Below are positions 40,703-55,162 of a DNA stretch of 64,000 bases, in pieces. Every line of letters begins with the position of its first letter. Position 1 is the first letter of the stretch. This DNA is from Octopus vulgaris (taxonomy: Eukaryota). The stretch is from assembly GCA_951406725.2 (NCBI GenBank), contig OX597840.1, positions 33,914,001 through 33,978,000 on the forward strand. The letters run 5' to 3'. The position numbers were made by a program, and so were the translations under genes. The notes beneath the pieces were generated by a model. The model had not been told where the DNA came from. It worked only from the letters and a program-made list of their open reading frames with translations, and searched no databases.

Positions 40703-42206
40703 TCTGAAATAAACTAGACTGCTCTGACAAACGAGAATGCTAAAAATGAAACCTTACTGCTCACAAGAATTTAGTAAAAATAAAACAGGAAAAATAATCT
40801 AGAACCCTTGTCTGGTGTCAGATCGATCCCAAAATCTAATCGGTTCATGCCAGTCATGAGGCCAAACATCCCTGATAGTTTCATTCGAATCCATCCATTA
40901 GTTCTTGAAATATCTTGTCTATGGACAGACAAACAAATATGACTGAAAACAATACCCCCGCCTTCGCCAAAGCAGAGGTAACTATATGTTCAGTATTTAT
41001 CCAGATGCTTGGAGCATATTCGAACCCATAAAAAAGTTACTCGCTGTGTTTTGTTATGGAGAAAATTCGCTGTAGACAAATGGTGTAATACACCAAAATT
41101 AGCTTACAGCACCACCTATTGGTAGAAATATCCAGAGTAACTACAAAGAAACAAAAACAGATAACAGAGAGAAAAATAAAGAAAGAAAAAAGAAATAGGG
41201 AAAGAGCGAATTATAAGAGGAAGGGGTTATACTGTCATACTATCTGGTTGTGGTTTTCATTACTAACCCTTTTGATACCATCCTCCCTGAAACCGCCTCT
41301 GGGTCTGTAGTACAAATATCTTGTTTTCATAAGTTTTGAATTAAAATCTTCCACCAAACCTTAGTCACAATTTATGTTCCTTATACTAGCTGAATGATAA
41401 CTAAGTTATTTTACTTAATTCTTTATGTTTAAAATTAATTGAAAGAAACACAGCGCATCTCAGCAGAAATATGGTAACAAAAGGGTTAAAATATATAATA
41501 GAGAAACAATTTTTAACTCTTTCGATAGCAACCTGGCTGAAACAGCCTCTGGCTCTGTAGTACAAATGTCTTGTTTTCATAAATTCTGAATTAAAATCTT
41601 CCACCAAACCTTAGTCATAATTTATGTTCCTAACACTAGCTTAATGATAACCAATTTATTTTACTAAATTCTTTGTTATATTTAAAGTAATTGAAAGAAA
41701 CACAGCGCATCTCAGCAGAAATATGGTAACAAAAGGGTTAAAATATATAATAGAGAAACAATTTTTACCCTTTCGATACCAACCTGGCTGAAACAGCCTC
41801 TGGCTCTGTAGTACAAATGTCTTGTTTTCAAAAGTTCTGAATTAAAATCTTCCACCAAACCTTAGTCACAATTACATTTCCTAACACTAGCTTAATGATA
41901 ACTAAGTTATTTTACTAAATTCTTTGTTATATTTAAAATTAATTAAATTATATTTAAAATTAATTAAAATCTTCCACCAAACTTTAGCGAGCAAAATGAA
42001 TAACTATATGCTTAAATTTTCGTTATTAAACATTATCATTATAGGTGTAGGAGTGGCTGTGTGGTAAGAAGCTTGCTTACCAACCACATGGTTCTGGGTT
42101 CAGTCCCACTTCGTGGCACCTTGGGCATGTGTCTTCTACTATAGCCTCGGGCCGACCAAAGCCTTGTGAGTGGATTTGGTAGGTGGAAACTGAAAGAAGC
42201 CCGTTG

Positions 42207-42283
<77 letters not shown>

Positions 42284-44492
42284 TTGTGTATATATATGTA
42301 TGTATATGCTTGCGTGTCTGTGTTTGTCCCCCAACATCGTATGACAACTGATGCTGGTGTGTTCACGTCCCCGTAACTTAGCGGTTCGGCGAAAGAGACC
42401 GATAGAATAAGTACTAGGCTTACAAAGAATAAGTCCTGAGGGTCGATTTGCTCGACTAAAGGCGGTGTTCCAGCATGGCCACAATTACATGACTGAAACA
42501 AGTAAAAGAGTAAAAGAGAAAAGAGAATAAAAAAATGGAGGATAAAGCGCAAAGCTGACTTCAGGTGAGTACAGAGACAGAGGAAGTTGTGGCGAAAGAG
42601 TCAGCAGAAGTTCGCCATTACCTTCTGCCGGAGCCGCGTGGAGTTTAGGTGTTTCGATCATAAGCACACACATAGCCCGGTCTGAGATTCGAACCCGCGA
42701 TCCCTCGACCGCGAGTCCGCTGCTCTAACCACTAGGCTATGTGCCTCCACACACGCACACACACACACATATATATATATAGTTTTTGTTGTTGTTTGCT
42801 CCTTCTCAAGCCATCCCTGGCTCACAAGGGCCGGTTTCCCGGTTTCCTTGGTGTATAGGTTCCCCACCTGTACGGGAAGCCAGTCCATCGCAGGTGAGCT
42901 GCAAGATGCAGGAGGAAAGAGTGAGAGAAAGTTGTGGCGAAAAAGTCAGCAGAAGTTCGCCATTACCTTCTGCCGGAGCCGCGTGGAGCTTACGTGTTTC
43001 GATCATAAGCACACACATAGCCCGGTCTGAGATTCGAACCCGCGATCCCTCGACCGCGAGTCCACTGCTCTAACCACTAGGCCATGTGCCTCCACTAAGC
43101 ATTTTGTCACATACTCTTCAAACGACTAGCAGTTCACTAACCTTATCTGTGTATTGGTGTCCGTGTTTTAGGTCACCCCTTGTAAGCTCTTGTGCTGTAT
43201 TGCATCACTTTAGATAAAGATTAATTTTATGACTTTGGCAAACAAGATATCAATGATATATGTATTAAACTGATATGGTTTTTGTAGTTGATGTTATCAA
43301 CTAAAAACACTTGAATTCTTGGCTGCAGACAAATTCAATTCAAACACATTTAAATAAAAGATAGCAAATAAAAAAATATATATTTCATTCACTTGTTTAA
43401 CCGTAAATCCTCGAGTATAGCCCACCCTTGAGTATAATACGCAGGGGAGTTTTAGGAGGCTGTACCTCTGAAAAGCCTAAACCTTGTGTATAATACACAC
43501 CCATTCTCTAACTTGAGTCAAGGAGGTCTATATAACGTCCTTGGTTTGTAAAACTGTATACGGTAACGTCCTTTATTATTATTTATAGTCCGCCCTTGAG
43601 TATAATACGCAGGGGATTTTTAGGGGGCTGTACCTCTGAAAAACCTAAACCTTGTGTATAATACGCACCCCTTCTCTAACTTGAGCCAAGGAAGTCTATA
43701 TAACGTCCGTGGTTTGTAAAAATGTATACGGTAACGTCCTTTATTATTATTTATAGTCCGCCCTTGAGTATAATACGCAGGGGATTTTTAGGGGGCTGTA
43801 CCTCTGAAAAACCTAAACCTCATGTATAATACGCACCCCTTCTCTAACTTGAGTCAAGGAGGTCTATATAACGTCCTTAGTTTGTAAAAATGTATATGGT
43901 AACGTCCTTTATTATTATTGTATATATAACATAATGCAAACGTGTAGCTTTTTTGTGCATTTTGTTTGCAGAAAATAAAGAAATAACAGTAATAACGTTT
44001 AATAAATGTTGCTTACTGCAAGTTATGGATGATTCTTTTATGACTTCATTGCTTTCAGGCTTAGCTTAAGGTATTTTCGCATCCGACATCACTAAATGCG
44101 TCTGAATAAACATTGCCGGACAGCAAATAGAGACTCGGACATTGCTTAGAAAATATTTTTCATTTTTAAACTCGTGTATAGTACGCACTAGGAATTTTGA
44201 CCTTTAAATTTTGGGAAATAAATGCGTATTATACTCGAGGATTTACGGTATGTCAGCTTTTCATAGCCGGAATGTGTTAGAGGTTAGACATATAGAGGTC
44301 ACTGTCGCATTGCTTTATAGCTGTCTGTTTTTTCCTCTTCCTAATCCTTACTTATTTTTCAAATGAAGGGTCTCTCATTTCACATGTCTCTGAAGGTGTA
44401 AAGTGAGGGGACAATTTGCTAAGAGAAGATGCAACACTCAACATTGCTTGTAGCGAGTTCTGTAGGGTGCAAATGCAAACAAACACACAGAT

Positions 44493-44581
<89 letters not shown>

Positions 44582-44807
44582 AGCAAATATGTATATCAAA
44601 CGAAACTATAGTATAGTGATCTCGCTCGCTGTGTGTGGGGGGTTATCTCCCCTGTCAGTATATGAAAATGTGCTTCTTGTGGCTCTAAGGGCACTTTAGC
44701 TCTCATTTCTAGCAAAGTAGGTGCTACCCTACACCCTCAGTCACAATTAATGACAGTAGAAGTTTTCCTTTTTGGTTTTGTATTGTATATACCCACCTTC
44801 ATTACCA

Positions 44808-44860
<53 letters not shown>

Positions 44861-44937
44861 TCAATATGTGACCGCGTGTGTATCGTTGGCGATTTTTCTC
44901 CTCCGTCTTCCCTTCCTTGGATCTTTCTTCTTCCTAT

Positions 44938-44971
44938 GTTTCTGACGAAGAGCTCCGCTCGAAACGTTAAA
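44938..44971 (+). ncRNA. Minimal hammerhead ribozyme motif
   Basis: UU(U) CUGACGA A GAGC-UCC-GCUC GAAACGUU^AAA; palindromic AACGUU stem III. Confidence 0.55.
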
Positions 44972-45066
44972 TCCTCCTTCTTTCCTTCATTTCCTGAGGA
45001 CGTGGTACACTATACTTGTACCACGTCCTCGTGTTGTGTTTTCTCCTTGTGTTTTCATGTTTGGAT

Positions 45067-45103
<37 letters not shown>

Positions 45104-45105
<2 letters not shown>

Positions 45106-45298
45106 GCAGGGTGGAAGGTGTTTATAAGCCATTTAAGAAATACACAAAACCGTTAGATTCACTTCAACATTTAAATTTAATTTGTCGCGGTGTCAAAGTA
45201 ACGAAAATATTTTGACAAATTAAATTTAAATGTTGAAGTGAATCTCAACGGTTTTTGTGTGTTTCTTAAATGGCTTATAAACACCTTCTACGCTGCAA
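45104..45298. repeat. Fold-back inverted repeat (about 82-bp arms)
   Basis: TTGCAG.GT.GAAGGTGTTTATAAGCCATTTAAGAAA... mirrored. Confidence 0.85.
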
Positions 45299-45599
45299 CT
45301 GTTTTCGTTCCAGCATACGATCTCAGATCAAGTCACTCGCTATGCAAGTGCATCTCCGTAATATATATATATATGAAAATGAACGAAAATGCTATTTTTT
45401 TTAAATTAAGTACATTAAAATTTCTTTATATAAATACATTTAAAAATGTTTTGTTTTACATGTTTTGGTTGTTTATAAACCTTATTAAACATATATACTT
45501 AAATGAAATATGTAGAGAAAAAAATTATTTATAAAACTATCAATAAACGTTTATAGTGTATTTTTCTTTTTCGTGTCAACTTACACTCAACAATAACCA

Positions 45600-45975
45600 C
45601 AAAGCCGATAGTAAAAAGTGCGGGAAACCCAACTGTGGGATCTGTATCAACATAATAGAAGGATCAGAACACCGATTAGAACAAGGCCAAAATTTTACCA
45701 TAAAAACTAACTTTACATGCTCGGGATGCAAATGGCAATATATGGGACACACAAAAAACACCCTACGACAGAGGATGGTAGTACACAAATATCAAATTAG
45801 AATTCTGGAATACAGGAACATATTTGTCAGCGAACACATAGATGTACATCCTATAAACATCCCAAATTCACAACTTTTCCATTATACAAATTCAAAGACA
45901 CGCTGGCCAAAATGAACGCATTGGCAAAGAAATGCATCTCATAAGAAAGTATCAACCGAATCTAAATTCTTTAAG
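45600..45975 (+). pseudogene. Penelope-like element GIY-YIG endonuclease fragment
   Basis: KCGKPNCGIC...NFTC..CKWQYMGHTKNTLRQRMVVH...VSEH, frameshift, then EMHLIRKYQPNLN; flanked by inverted repeats about 45372-45537 / 46262-46427. Confidence 0.8.
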
Positions 45976-46854
45976 CTCAGAGCACTGAAACTATATGTAT
46001 ATTAATGTATATTATTCATAAGGAATAAAGATGAGACATTGAGTAAATCCATTTCTGTGAAGACCTCAGGGGAGATAACTTTACGACGATTATTATTGCT
46101 GCTGCTTATTTGACTGCTGTAGCCACTCCTTTTGAAAACAGTTTTGACTACACTACTTAATTTACCACCACAGACAGCTACTAGCAATGCCACGAAAATT
46201 AATGGAAATTACCACGTGCCCTTGCAGGAAAAAGAAAAGTACTATGAATGTTTATCTTATTAATAATTTTATTAATAATTTATTTCTCTACATATTTCAT
46301 TTAAGTACATATATTTAATAAGGTTTATAAACAACCGAATCATGTAAAACAAAAATATTTTTTGATGTATTTATATAAAGAAATTTAAATCTACCTAATT
46401 TTAAAAAGTAGCATTTTTGTTCTTATTGTTGTATTTCGGAATGGTCATTTTGCCAGTTTAGCCAATAAAAACACACGCACTATATATTTGGTGTTACTTT
46501 GCTTCAGTGTTATTTATTTTCTATATTAATCTTAATCTTATTTCGGCCAGGGTTCTTTCGTCACACTCCTATGACCGCATCAGTGGTCCTTTGCTTTCTT
46601 CTTTCTTATTTGTGTGTCTCTCCTTACTAACCGTCAGCCATTTTTTTGTGTTCTTCTTTTTCATAAATATCTACTTACTTGTGTGCTACCTCTACATTTT
46701 TAAATATATATATAAACTAGTGTATATATTTATACACAAAAGCGGTGACCTTTAACGGGACATCTTATATGTTGGAAAAGGTAGTTAAAGCCCAAACCAC
46801 AAATAGGAGTAATTTTAAAGGGAATGAAAAATAAAAACATTTCTATATATATAG

Positions 46855-46982
46855 AAGGTTGGTTACGGCAGTCAGAGAGTGACCATTGGTTTTGCACCTA
46901 TGAAGTGCTTAGCTGTATAGGCAACTCATCAAACCCAAATGGCTGACCATCACTTCTCTGACCGGCCATAACAAACAACCTT
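46855..46982 (-). ncRNA. Decayed hammerhead inside a long hairpin
   Basis: UUGAUGA...AAAAC-CAAU-GGUC^ACUC, two core substitutions; outer arms complementary. Confidence 0.4.
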
Positions 46983-47044
46983 TAAATATACTACAGCTCT
47001 AATGTTTTAGAGTGTTTCTTTTTGGGATATATTAGCTACTAACC

Positions 47045-47270
<226 letters not shown>

Positions 47271-47337
47271 TTAATTTTACTCTGCTATGTATTGAGTACC
47301 TTATTTACTGTGGTTAACCCCGAATTAACCCGGGACC

Positions 47338-47393
<56 letters not shown>

Positions 47394-47701
47394 CATATAG
47401 GAGCACTTCCTCATTTAAAATAATGAGGGTCCCAGCTGATACGATCAACGGAACAGCTTGCTCACGAAACTAATGTGCAAGTGGCTGAGCACTCCACAGA
47501 CATGTGTACCCCTAATGTAGTTGTCAGGGAGATTCAGCATGACACACAGAGTTTGACAAGGCTGGCCCTTTGAAATACAGATACAACTCATTTTTGCCAG
47601 CTGAGTGGACTGGAGCAACATGAAGTAAAGTGTCTTGCTTAAGGATGCAGTGCCTCGCTGGGAATTGAACTCACTGCCCTAACTACTAAGCCATTCACCT
47701 A

Positions 47702-47737
<36 letters not shown>

Positions 47738-47855
47738 ATGGGTGAATGAATTATCCTATGTTTACTGTCAACATGGAAACACCGATGAACCGATACCGGG
47801 GTAGCAAATTCACGTCAGAAATACAGTTGAAGCGACCTATCCATTTATTTATTTA

Positions 47856-47989
<134 letters not shown>

Positions 47990-47996
47990 CAGACAA

Positions 47997-48090
<94 letters not shown>

Positions 48091-48288
48091 GAGTGTATTT
48101 TTCCCTTGTTAACAATTAACATGGAAAAAATAGATAAATAGTTACCAGGGTAGCAAAAAATCACACAATTAAAGAGGTTGTAACTCCTTTTTTTTAAAGG
48201 TAGAAACTTCGGGTTTACGTGGAATCTTTTGTATAATATATATAAATAAATAAATGGAGATTTACGCAGGTGTAATTCAAATATTTTT

Positions 48289-48377
48289 ACTTCCGACACT
48301 TGTTTCGAAGATTTCACTGATATTATTCCAAAGGAATAAAATGGTGTAAAACAATGTAATCTTCTCTTCAGGGAAGT
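48289..48377 (-). ncRNA. Type I hammerhead ribozyme (related to 34117)
   Basis: Minus strand: ACUUCC CUGAAGA GAAGAUU...AAUCUUC GAA ACAAGUGU C^ GGAAGU. Confidence 0.78.
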
Positions 48378-48719
48378 GAAGAAATGAAACTCGTCAATAA
48401 GACATTTTAACAGAAAATGATGGATATGTGTAGTGATTTACTGAACGCTATTAATATTGTTTGAAATATTTATCAAACAATACAGTTGTTGAGAAGCTTA
48501 AAATAACTGGCAAAGTAGGATATTGTTTAGTCACGCAATTAGTCAATCAGACAATACAAAGGGTATCATACTTAAAGATTGACATAGCATCAGCTTTATT
48601 GTAAACTGTTACGAAACAAAAAGATGCTCTAAAGAGAGAGAGACAGGAAACTGCAACAGTGTTAAATTCTTGAACTAGATCATGAAAGTTACCGAAATTA
48701 TAAAATTGATTAGAAACAA

Positions 48720-49865
48720 CCTTAATGAGATTCAGTTGGGTCTCGTGACAGAAAGAGGACTATCGATGCCATCTTCCTACAGAGACAGCTGCAGCAAAAA
48801 TACTTGACTCTCTACTTAACGTCCAAACACTTGGTAAGGTCCTTCAATAACATCCCTAGTTCTGTCATCTGGTGAGCTCCAAGGAAGTTAGGAGGTAAAA
48901 GAATGATTAATGAATGCTGTGCAAATTAGGTACAGAGTTGCCATCAGCAAAAGTTAACAATGAGTACAATGAGGAATCTAATGGGTAGTGAGGGATCCAT
49001 CAAGGTTCTGTCCTCAGCCCTGTTTTGTTTACTATAGCAGATGATTTTAAGTTTATCTTTTGGAATACATGTATGCTAATGACCTTGTTCTTATAATAGG
49101 ATCTCTCTTTTACTCTTTACTCTTTTACTTGTTTCAGTCATTTGACTGCGGCCATGCTGGAGCACCGCCTTTAGCCGAGCAAATCGACCCCGGGACTTAT
49201 TCTTTTGTAAGCCCAGTACTTATTCTATCGGTCTCTTTTGCCGAACCGCTAAGTGACGGGGGACGTAAACACAACAGCATCGGTCGCCAAGCAATGCTAG
49301 GGGGACAAACACAGACACACAAACATACACGAACACATATATATACATATATATATACATATATATATACATATATATATACATATATACAACAGGCTTC
49401 TTTCAGATTCCGTCTACCAAATCCACTCACAAGGCTTTGCTCGGCCCGAGGCTATAGTAGAAGACACTTACCCAGGGTGCCACGCAGTGGGACTGAACCC
49501 GGAACCATGTGGTTGGTAAGCAAGCTACTTACCACACAGCCACTCTGCGCTGTATCCAGACAATAAGAGATTCTCTCAGTTGTTCAGAAGACATCCCAGA
49601 CTTAGTCAATAGTTTTTGTTACCTAGGTAACTTAATCAGTAGTGGGGGATTACAAGATTATGGCTAAGATAAGAAAAAGGTGAGAAAATTTCAGGGAGCT
49701 ACTGGTTCTCCTGACAACAAGGGGTCTCTCCTTCAGAGAAGGAGAGGCCCTTTGCTGGAGTGCAGTGCTACATGATAGTGAATTGTGGGCCCTGAATGCA
49801 AAGGATTTGCAAAAGATAGAAAGAAATGAGCTGAGCATGAATATAAGCTGAATGTGTAATGTCAG
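48720..49865 (+). mobile_element. Degenerate RTE-like reverse transcriptase remnant split by a SINE
   Basis: Traces of RGTIDAIF, GIHQGSVLSP, MYANDL, FCYLG, ELWAL with many stops and frameshifts. Confidence 0.6.
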
Positions 49866-49898
49866 TGTGCATCGATGACACGGTATGTGTGATCTAAA

Positions 49899-50500
49899 GG
49901 CGGCGAGCTGGCAGAATCGTTAGCACACCGGGCGGAATGCTTAGCGGTATTTCGTCTGCCGTTACGTTCTGAGTTCAAATTCCGCCGAGGTCGACTTTGC
50001 CTTTCATCCTTTCGGGGTTGATAAATTAAGTACCAGTAAAGCTCTGGGGTCGATATAATCGACTTAATCCGTTTGTCTGCCTTTGTTTGTCCTCTCTGTG
50101 TTTAGCCCCTTGTGGGTAGTAAAGAAATAGGTATTTCATCTCTCTTTACATTCTCAGTTCAAATTCCGCCGAGGTCCACTTTGCCTTTCATCCTTTGGGA
50201 GTCGATTAAATAAGTACCAGTTACGCTCTGCGGTCGATATAATCGACTTAATCCGTTTGTCTGCCTTTGTTTGTCCTCTCTGTGTTTACCTCCTTGTGGG
50301 TAGTAAAGAAATAGGTATTTCGTCTACCGCTACGTTCTGAGTTCAAATTCCGCCGAGGTCGACTTTGCCTTTCATCCTTTCGGGGTCGATTAAATAAGTA
50401 CCAGTTACGCTCTGGGGTCGATATAATCGACTTAATCCGTTTGTCTTTCCTTTGTTTGTCCTCTCTGTGTTTAGCCCCTTGTGGGTAGTAAAGAAATAAG
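49899..50500 (+). mobile_element. SINE family A multimer (3 units)
   Basis: Head GGCGGCGAGCTGGCAGAA then tandem bodies. Confidence 0.87.
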
Positions 50501-50990
50501 TATGTGTGATCTAAGGTAAAAACTGTGTATAAGTGGAGCCAGATATAGTCTGCAAAAGAGAAAGCTGTGGTGGTGTGGGTATGTGATGTGCAAGGTTGAA
50601 GGCAGCTGCATAAAAGGTGCACTCAGCTGCACTCAAAACGAATTGTACTGTGAAAGAGAAATTCTGAGAAGACATGGGGTGAAGTGGTAAATTCTTACCA
50701 AGTCTCAGAATAACAGAAATAAGAAAAGAAGTGATCTAGACAAAGCTGGAATTTCATTGGTTAATATACAGAATCATACAAATTTACTTTTTTACCCTTT
50801 TACTTGTTACAGCCATTTGACAGTGGCCATGCTGGAGCGCCGCCTTTAGTCGAGCAAATCGACCCCTAGTACTTATTCTTTGTAAGTCCAGTACTTATTC
50901 TATCGGTCCTTTTTTGCCGAATTGCTAAGTTACGGGGACGTAAACACACCAGCATCAGTTGTCAAACGATGTAGGTGGGGACAAACACAG

Positions 50991-51061
<71 letters not shown>

Positions 51062-52146
51062 GCTTCTTTTAGTTTCCGTCTACCAAATCTACTCATGGGC
51101 TTTGGTCAGTCTGAGTCTATAGTAGAAGACACTTGCCCAAGGTGCCACGAAGTGGGACTGAACCCGGAACGATGTGGTTGGTAAGCAATAATGTAGGTTT
51201 GCTGACACAAAGATAGTCCCTTCCAACAAACGAATTATTCCAGATTTAAAATGATTGATTATTGATCATGCAAACAGGGATTGCTATAATTGTCGGGGGG
51301 CGTAAACACATCAGCATCGGTAGTCAAGCGATGTTGAGGGGACAAAGACAGACACGCAAACATATACACACATATACATACATATAAATATATATGCATA
51401 TATACGACGGGCTTCTTTCAGTTTCCGTCTACCAAATCCACTCACAAGGCTTTGGTCGGCCCGAGGCTATAGTAGTAGACACATGCCCAAGGTGCCACGC
51501 AGTGGGACTGAACCCGGAACCATGTGGTTCGAAAGCCGGTGGCACATAAAAATCAACCGCTACACTCTCGGAGTGGTTGGCGTTAGGAAGGGCATCCAGC
51601 TGTAGAAATCTTGCCAAATCAGATTGGAGCCTTCTGGGTCACCAGCTCTCAGTCAAACCATCTAACCCGTGCCACCATGGAAAGCGAACAATAAACGATG
51701 ATGATGATGATGATAAATATTTTATCTTTTGTTCTTTTACTTGGTTCAGGCATTTGACTGCAGTCATGCTGGGGCACCGGCTTTTTCGAATAAAATCAAC
51801 CTTACGAGTTATGCATTTGTAAACCTAATACTTATTCAATTAGTGTCTTTTGCCAAACCACTAAGTTATGGAGACGTAAACGCACCAACATTGTGGAAGG
51901 GGGACAAACACACACACACATATATATGTATATATATACGACAGTCTTCTTTCAGTTTCCGTCTACCAAATCCACTCACAAGGCTTTGGTCAGCCTGAGG
52001 CTTACAAAGCGAGCTTCTTGACCACAGGAGTTTCGACTGGGCATTTAACTAGTATTTCCAGCAGGTCTGTTGACCATGAAGGTGCTCTTGCATTGAGTTG
52101 CCATTAAACGACGATGGTGATGACGATGACATACATACATACGTAC

Positions 52147-52231
<85 letters not shown>

Positions 52232-53429
52232 AAAAAGATTTTGATGTGCCAGTAAACCTCAAAAGTATTGGTTTCAAATTTTGGCACAAGGCCAGCAATT
52301 TCAGGGGAGGAATCTAAGTCGATTAGATCAGTCCCAGTACTCAACTGGTACTTATTTTATCGAGCCTGAAAGGATGAACGGCAAAGTCGACCTCAGCGGA
52401 ATTTGAACACACAACATCAAGACAGACAAAATGTTGCTAAACACTCTACCTCATGTTCGAACGATTCTGCCAGCTCACCGCCTTAAATTAATCTCGTTAA
52501 TATTAGTAGTCATAATAATTACTTTACATTACTATAAGAATTGTGGATTACCCAGATTAATTAATAGTAATATTATATCTTTCACATAAATTATAGTAAT
52601 TAATTATTATAAAAATTTATTGTGGCTGTGTGATAAGTAGCTTGGTTCCGGGTTCAGTCCCACTGCGTGACACCTTGGGCAAGTGTCTTCTACTATAGCC
52701 TCGGGCCGACCAAAGCCTTGTGAGTGGATTTGGTAGACGGAAACTGGAAGAAGCCTGTCGTATATATGTATATATATATATATATACAATCGATGCTGGT
52801 GTGTTTACGTCTCCGTCACTTAACGGTTCGGCAAAAGAGACCGATAGAATAAGTACTGGGCTTACAAAGAATAAGTCCCGGGGTCGATTTGCTCGACTAA
52901 AGGCAGTGCTCCAGCATGGCCGCAGTCAAATGACTGAAACAAGTAAAAGAGTAATAAAAGTTGCATAAATGATATGAATAAAAACTAATATGTTAATTAC
53001 TGCGTATTAATTATAATAATTACTGTATATTTGTTGTTTTTATAACCATTCTTTGATAATTAAAATAATTTAATATTCATTATAATTAACATCTGTGATT
53101 GGTATAACTATAACACTATAGATTATAAATAATGGCTTCAAATTCGGGTACCAAGCCAACAGTTTTGGGAGGAGGGACCGCAGTACTCAACAGGTTCTTG
53201 TTTTATTGCTCTCAAAAAGATGAAAGGTAAAGACAACCCGAGCAGGATTTGAACTCAGAATGTAAAGACAGACGAAATACTGGTAAGCATTTTGTCTAGC
53301 ATGCTATGATTCTACCAGCTCACCACCTTTGCTACAGATCATGATTATTATAATTAATTGCGTATTAATTATTTTAATCGCTTGTATACAAGTGATTATA
53401 ATAAAAAAAATAATTATATTATAAGAATT

Positions 53430-54020
53430 TCTTATTTCTTTACTGCCCACAAGGAGCCAAACACAGAGGGGACAGACAAAGCTGATTATATCGACCCCAG
53501 TGCGTAACTGGTATTTATTTAATCGGCTCCCAAAGGATGAAAGGCAAAGTCGACCTCGGCGGAATTTGAACTCAAAACGTAACGGCAGACGAAATACCTA
53601 TTTCTTTACTATCCACAAGGGGCTACACACAGAGGGGACAAACAAGGACAGGCAAACGGATTAAGTCGATTATATCGAACCCAGTGCGTAACTGGTACTT
53701 ATTTAATCGACTCCCAAAGGATGAAATGCAAAGTCGCCCTCGGCGGAATTTGAACTCAGAACGTAACGGCAGACGAAATACCTATTTCTATTTCTTTACT
53801 ATCCACAAGGGGCTACACACAGAGGGAACAAACAAGGACAGACAAAGGAATTAAGCTGATTATATCGACCCCAGTGCGTAACTGGTACTTATTTAATCGA
53901 CCCCGAAAGGATGAAAGGCAAAGTCGACGTAGACGGAATTTGAACTCAGAACGTAGTGGCAGACGAAATACCGCTAAGCATTTCACCCGACGTGCTAACG
54001 TTTCTGCCAGCTCGCCGCCT
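53430..54020 (-). mobile_element. SINE family A multimer (3 units)
   Basis: Same unit and junction as other family A arrays. Confidence 0.87.
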
Positions 54021-54221
54021 TTGTATATTATAAGAATTTCTGTATATTAGGTATACCAATTAATTTTATTAACTATAATAATTATCCATGAGTACTAATT
54101 ATCTATAAATAATTGTGTTTTAGTCATAAACATGCAAATTTAATCTGAAAAATTACAAGGAAATATAAGAATAATTTTTGTACAATTTCAATGAAATTCT
54201 CTCATTAGTTAGAATTCTTAC

Positions 54222-54325
54222 CTGAGCCATTTTTTTGCAGAAGCCAATGGTAGATTTGGTGTTGCTGCAATGTAAAGCAGTAAGACAGAACCCCAGAAGA
54301 GGAGAGAAGGTGAACACCTTCTCAT
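54222..54325 (-). CDS. Exon 1: start codon and signal peptide
   Basis: [34 protein letters not shown]: basic N-terminus, hydrophobic core, A-S-A cleavage motif. AG|GTAAGA donor; phase 2 matches exon 2. Confidence 0.8.
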
Positions 54326-54553
54326 ATTTCCCGGCTTTTGTATTTCAACCTCCTCAGTAGTCCTCCTATAGTTTCTGGGGGTTTGATAACCGTGGAAAGG
54401 GATCTTCTCAGTTTCGGACTTGTGTCTTTGTGGCCTGGACTAAAAATTTCTTGCCAGCACCAACCACAATCTCTTCAACTGATGAAGCCTTCTGATTTCT
54501 ATCAGTATATATATACATACATACATATATATATGTGTATATATATGTGTGTA

Positions 54554-54599
<46 letters not shown>

Positions 54600-54618
54600 C
54601 ATACATGCATACATACAT

Positions 54619-54661
<43 letters not shown>

Positions 54662-54684
54662 CATACATACATACATACATACAT

Positions 54685-54724
<40 letters not shown>

Positions 54725-54727
54725 ATG

Positions 54728-54767
<40 letters not shown>

Positions 54768-55162
54768 TACGTACGCACACACGTATATATATGTATATGT
54801 ATATATATGTGTATGTATGTGTGTATATATATATATGTATTTATGTATATATGTGTGTGTGTGTGTGCGTGTATGTATATGTGTGTGTCATGTACAACAA
54901 TAGGCGTTTCAAATGAGGGGGAGGGGGAGGAGAGATAACATTGAAATTAAGTTGAGGTCTGTAGCTAAGGGCACCTGCAGAAACGTGTGTGTGTGCGTGT
55001 GTGTGTGTGTGTGTGTGCGTGTGTGCGTGTGTGTGTGTGCACCTGAGTAGCATATGTGAGGCGGGGCATGCGAAGAGGGACAGAATCTGTGGCGCAGTTG
55101 GTGGGACAGGGACGACCGGAATAAATCCAGGCAAGCTGTTTCTTGCGTTTTCTTTCAATACG

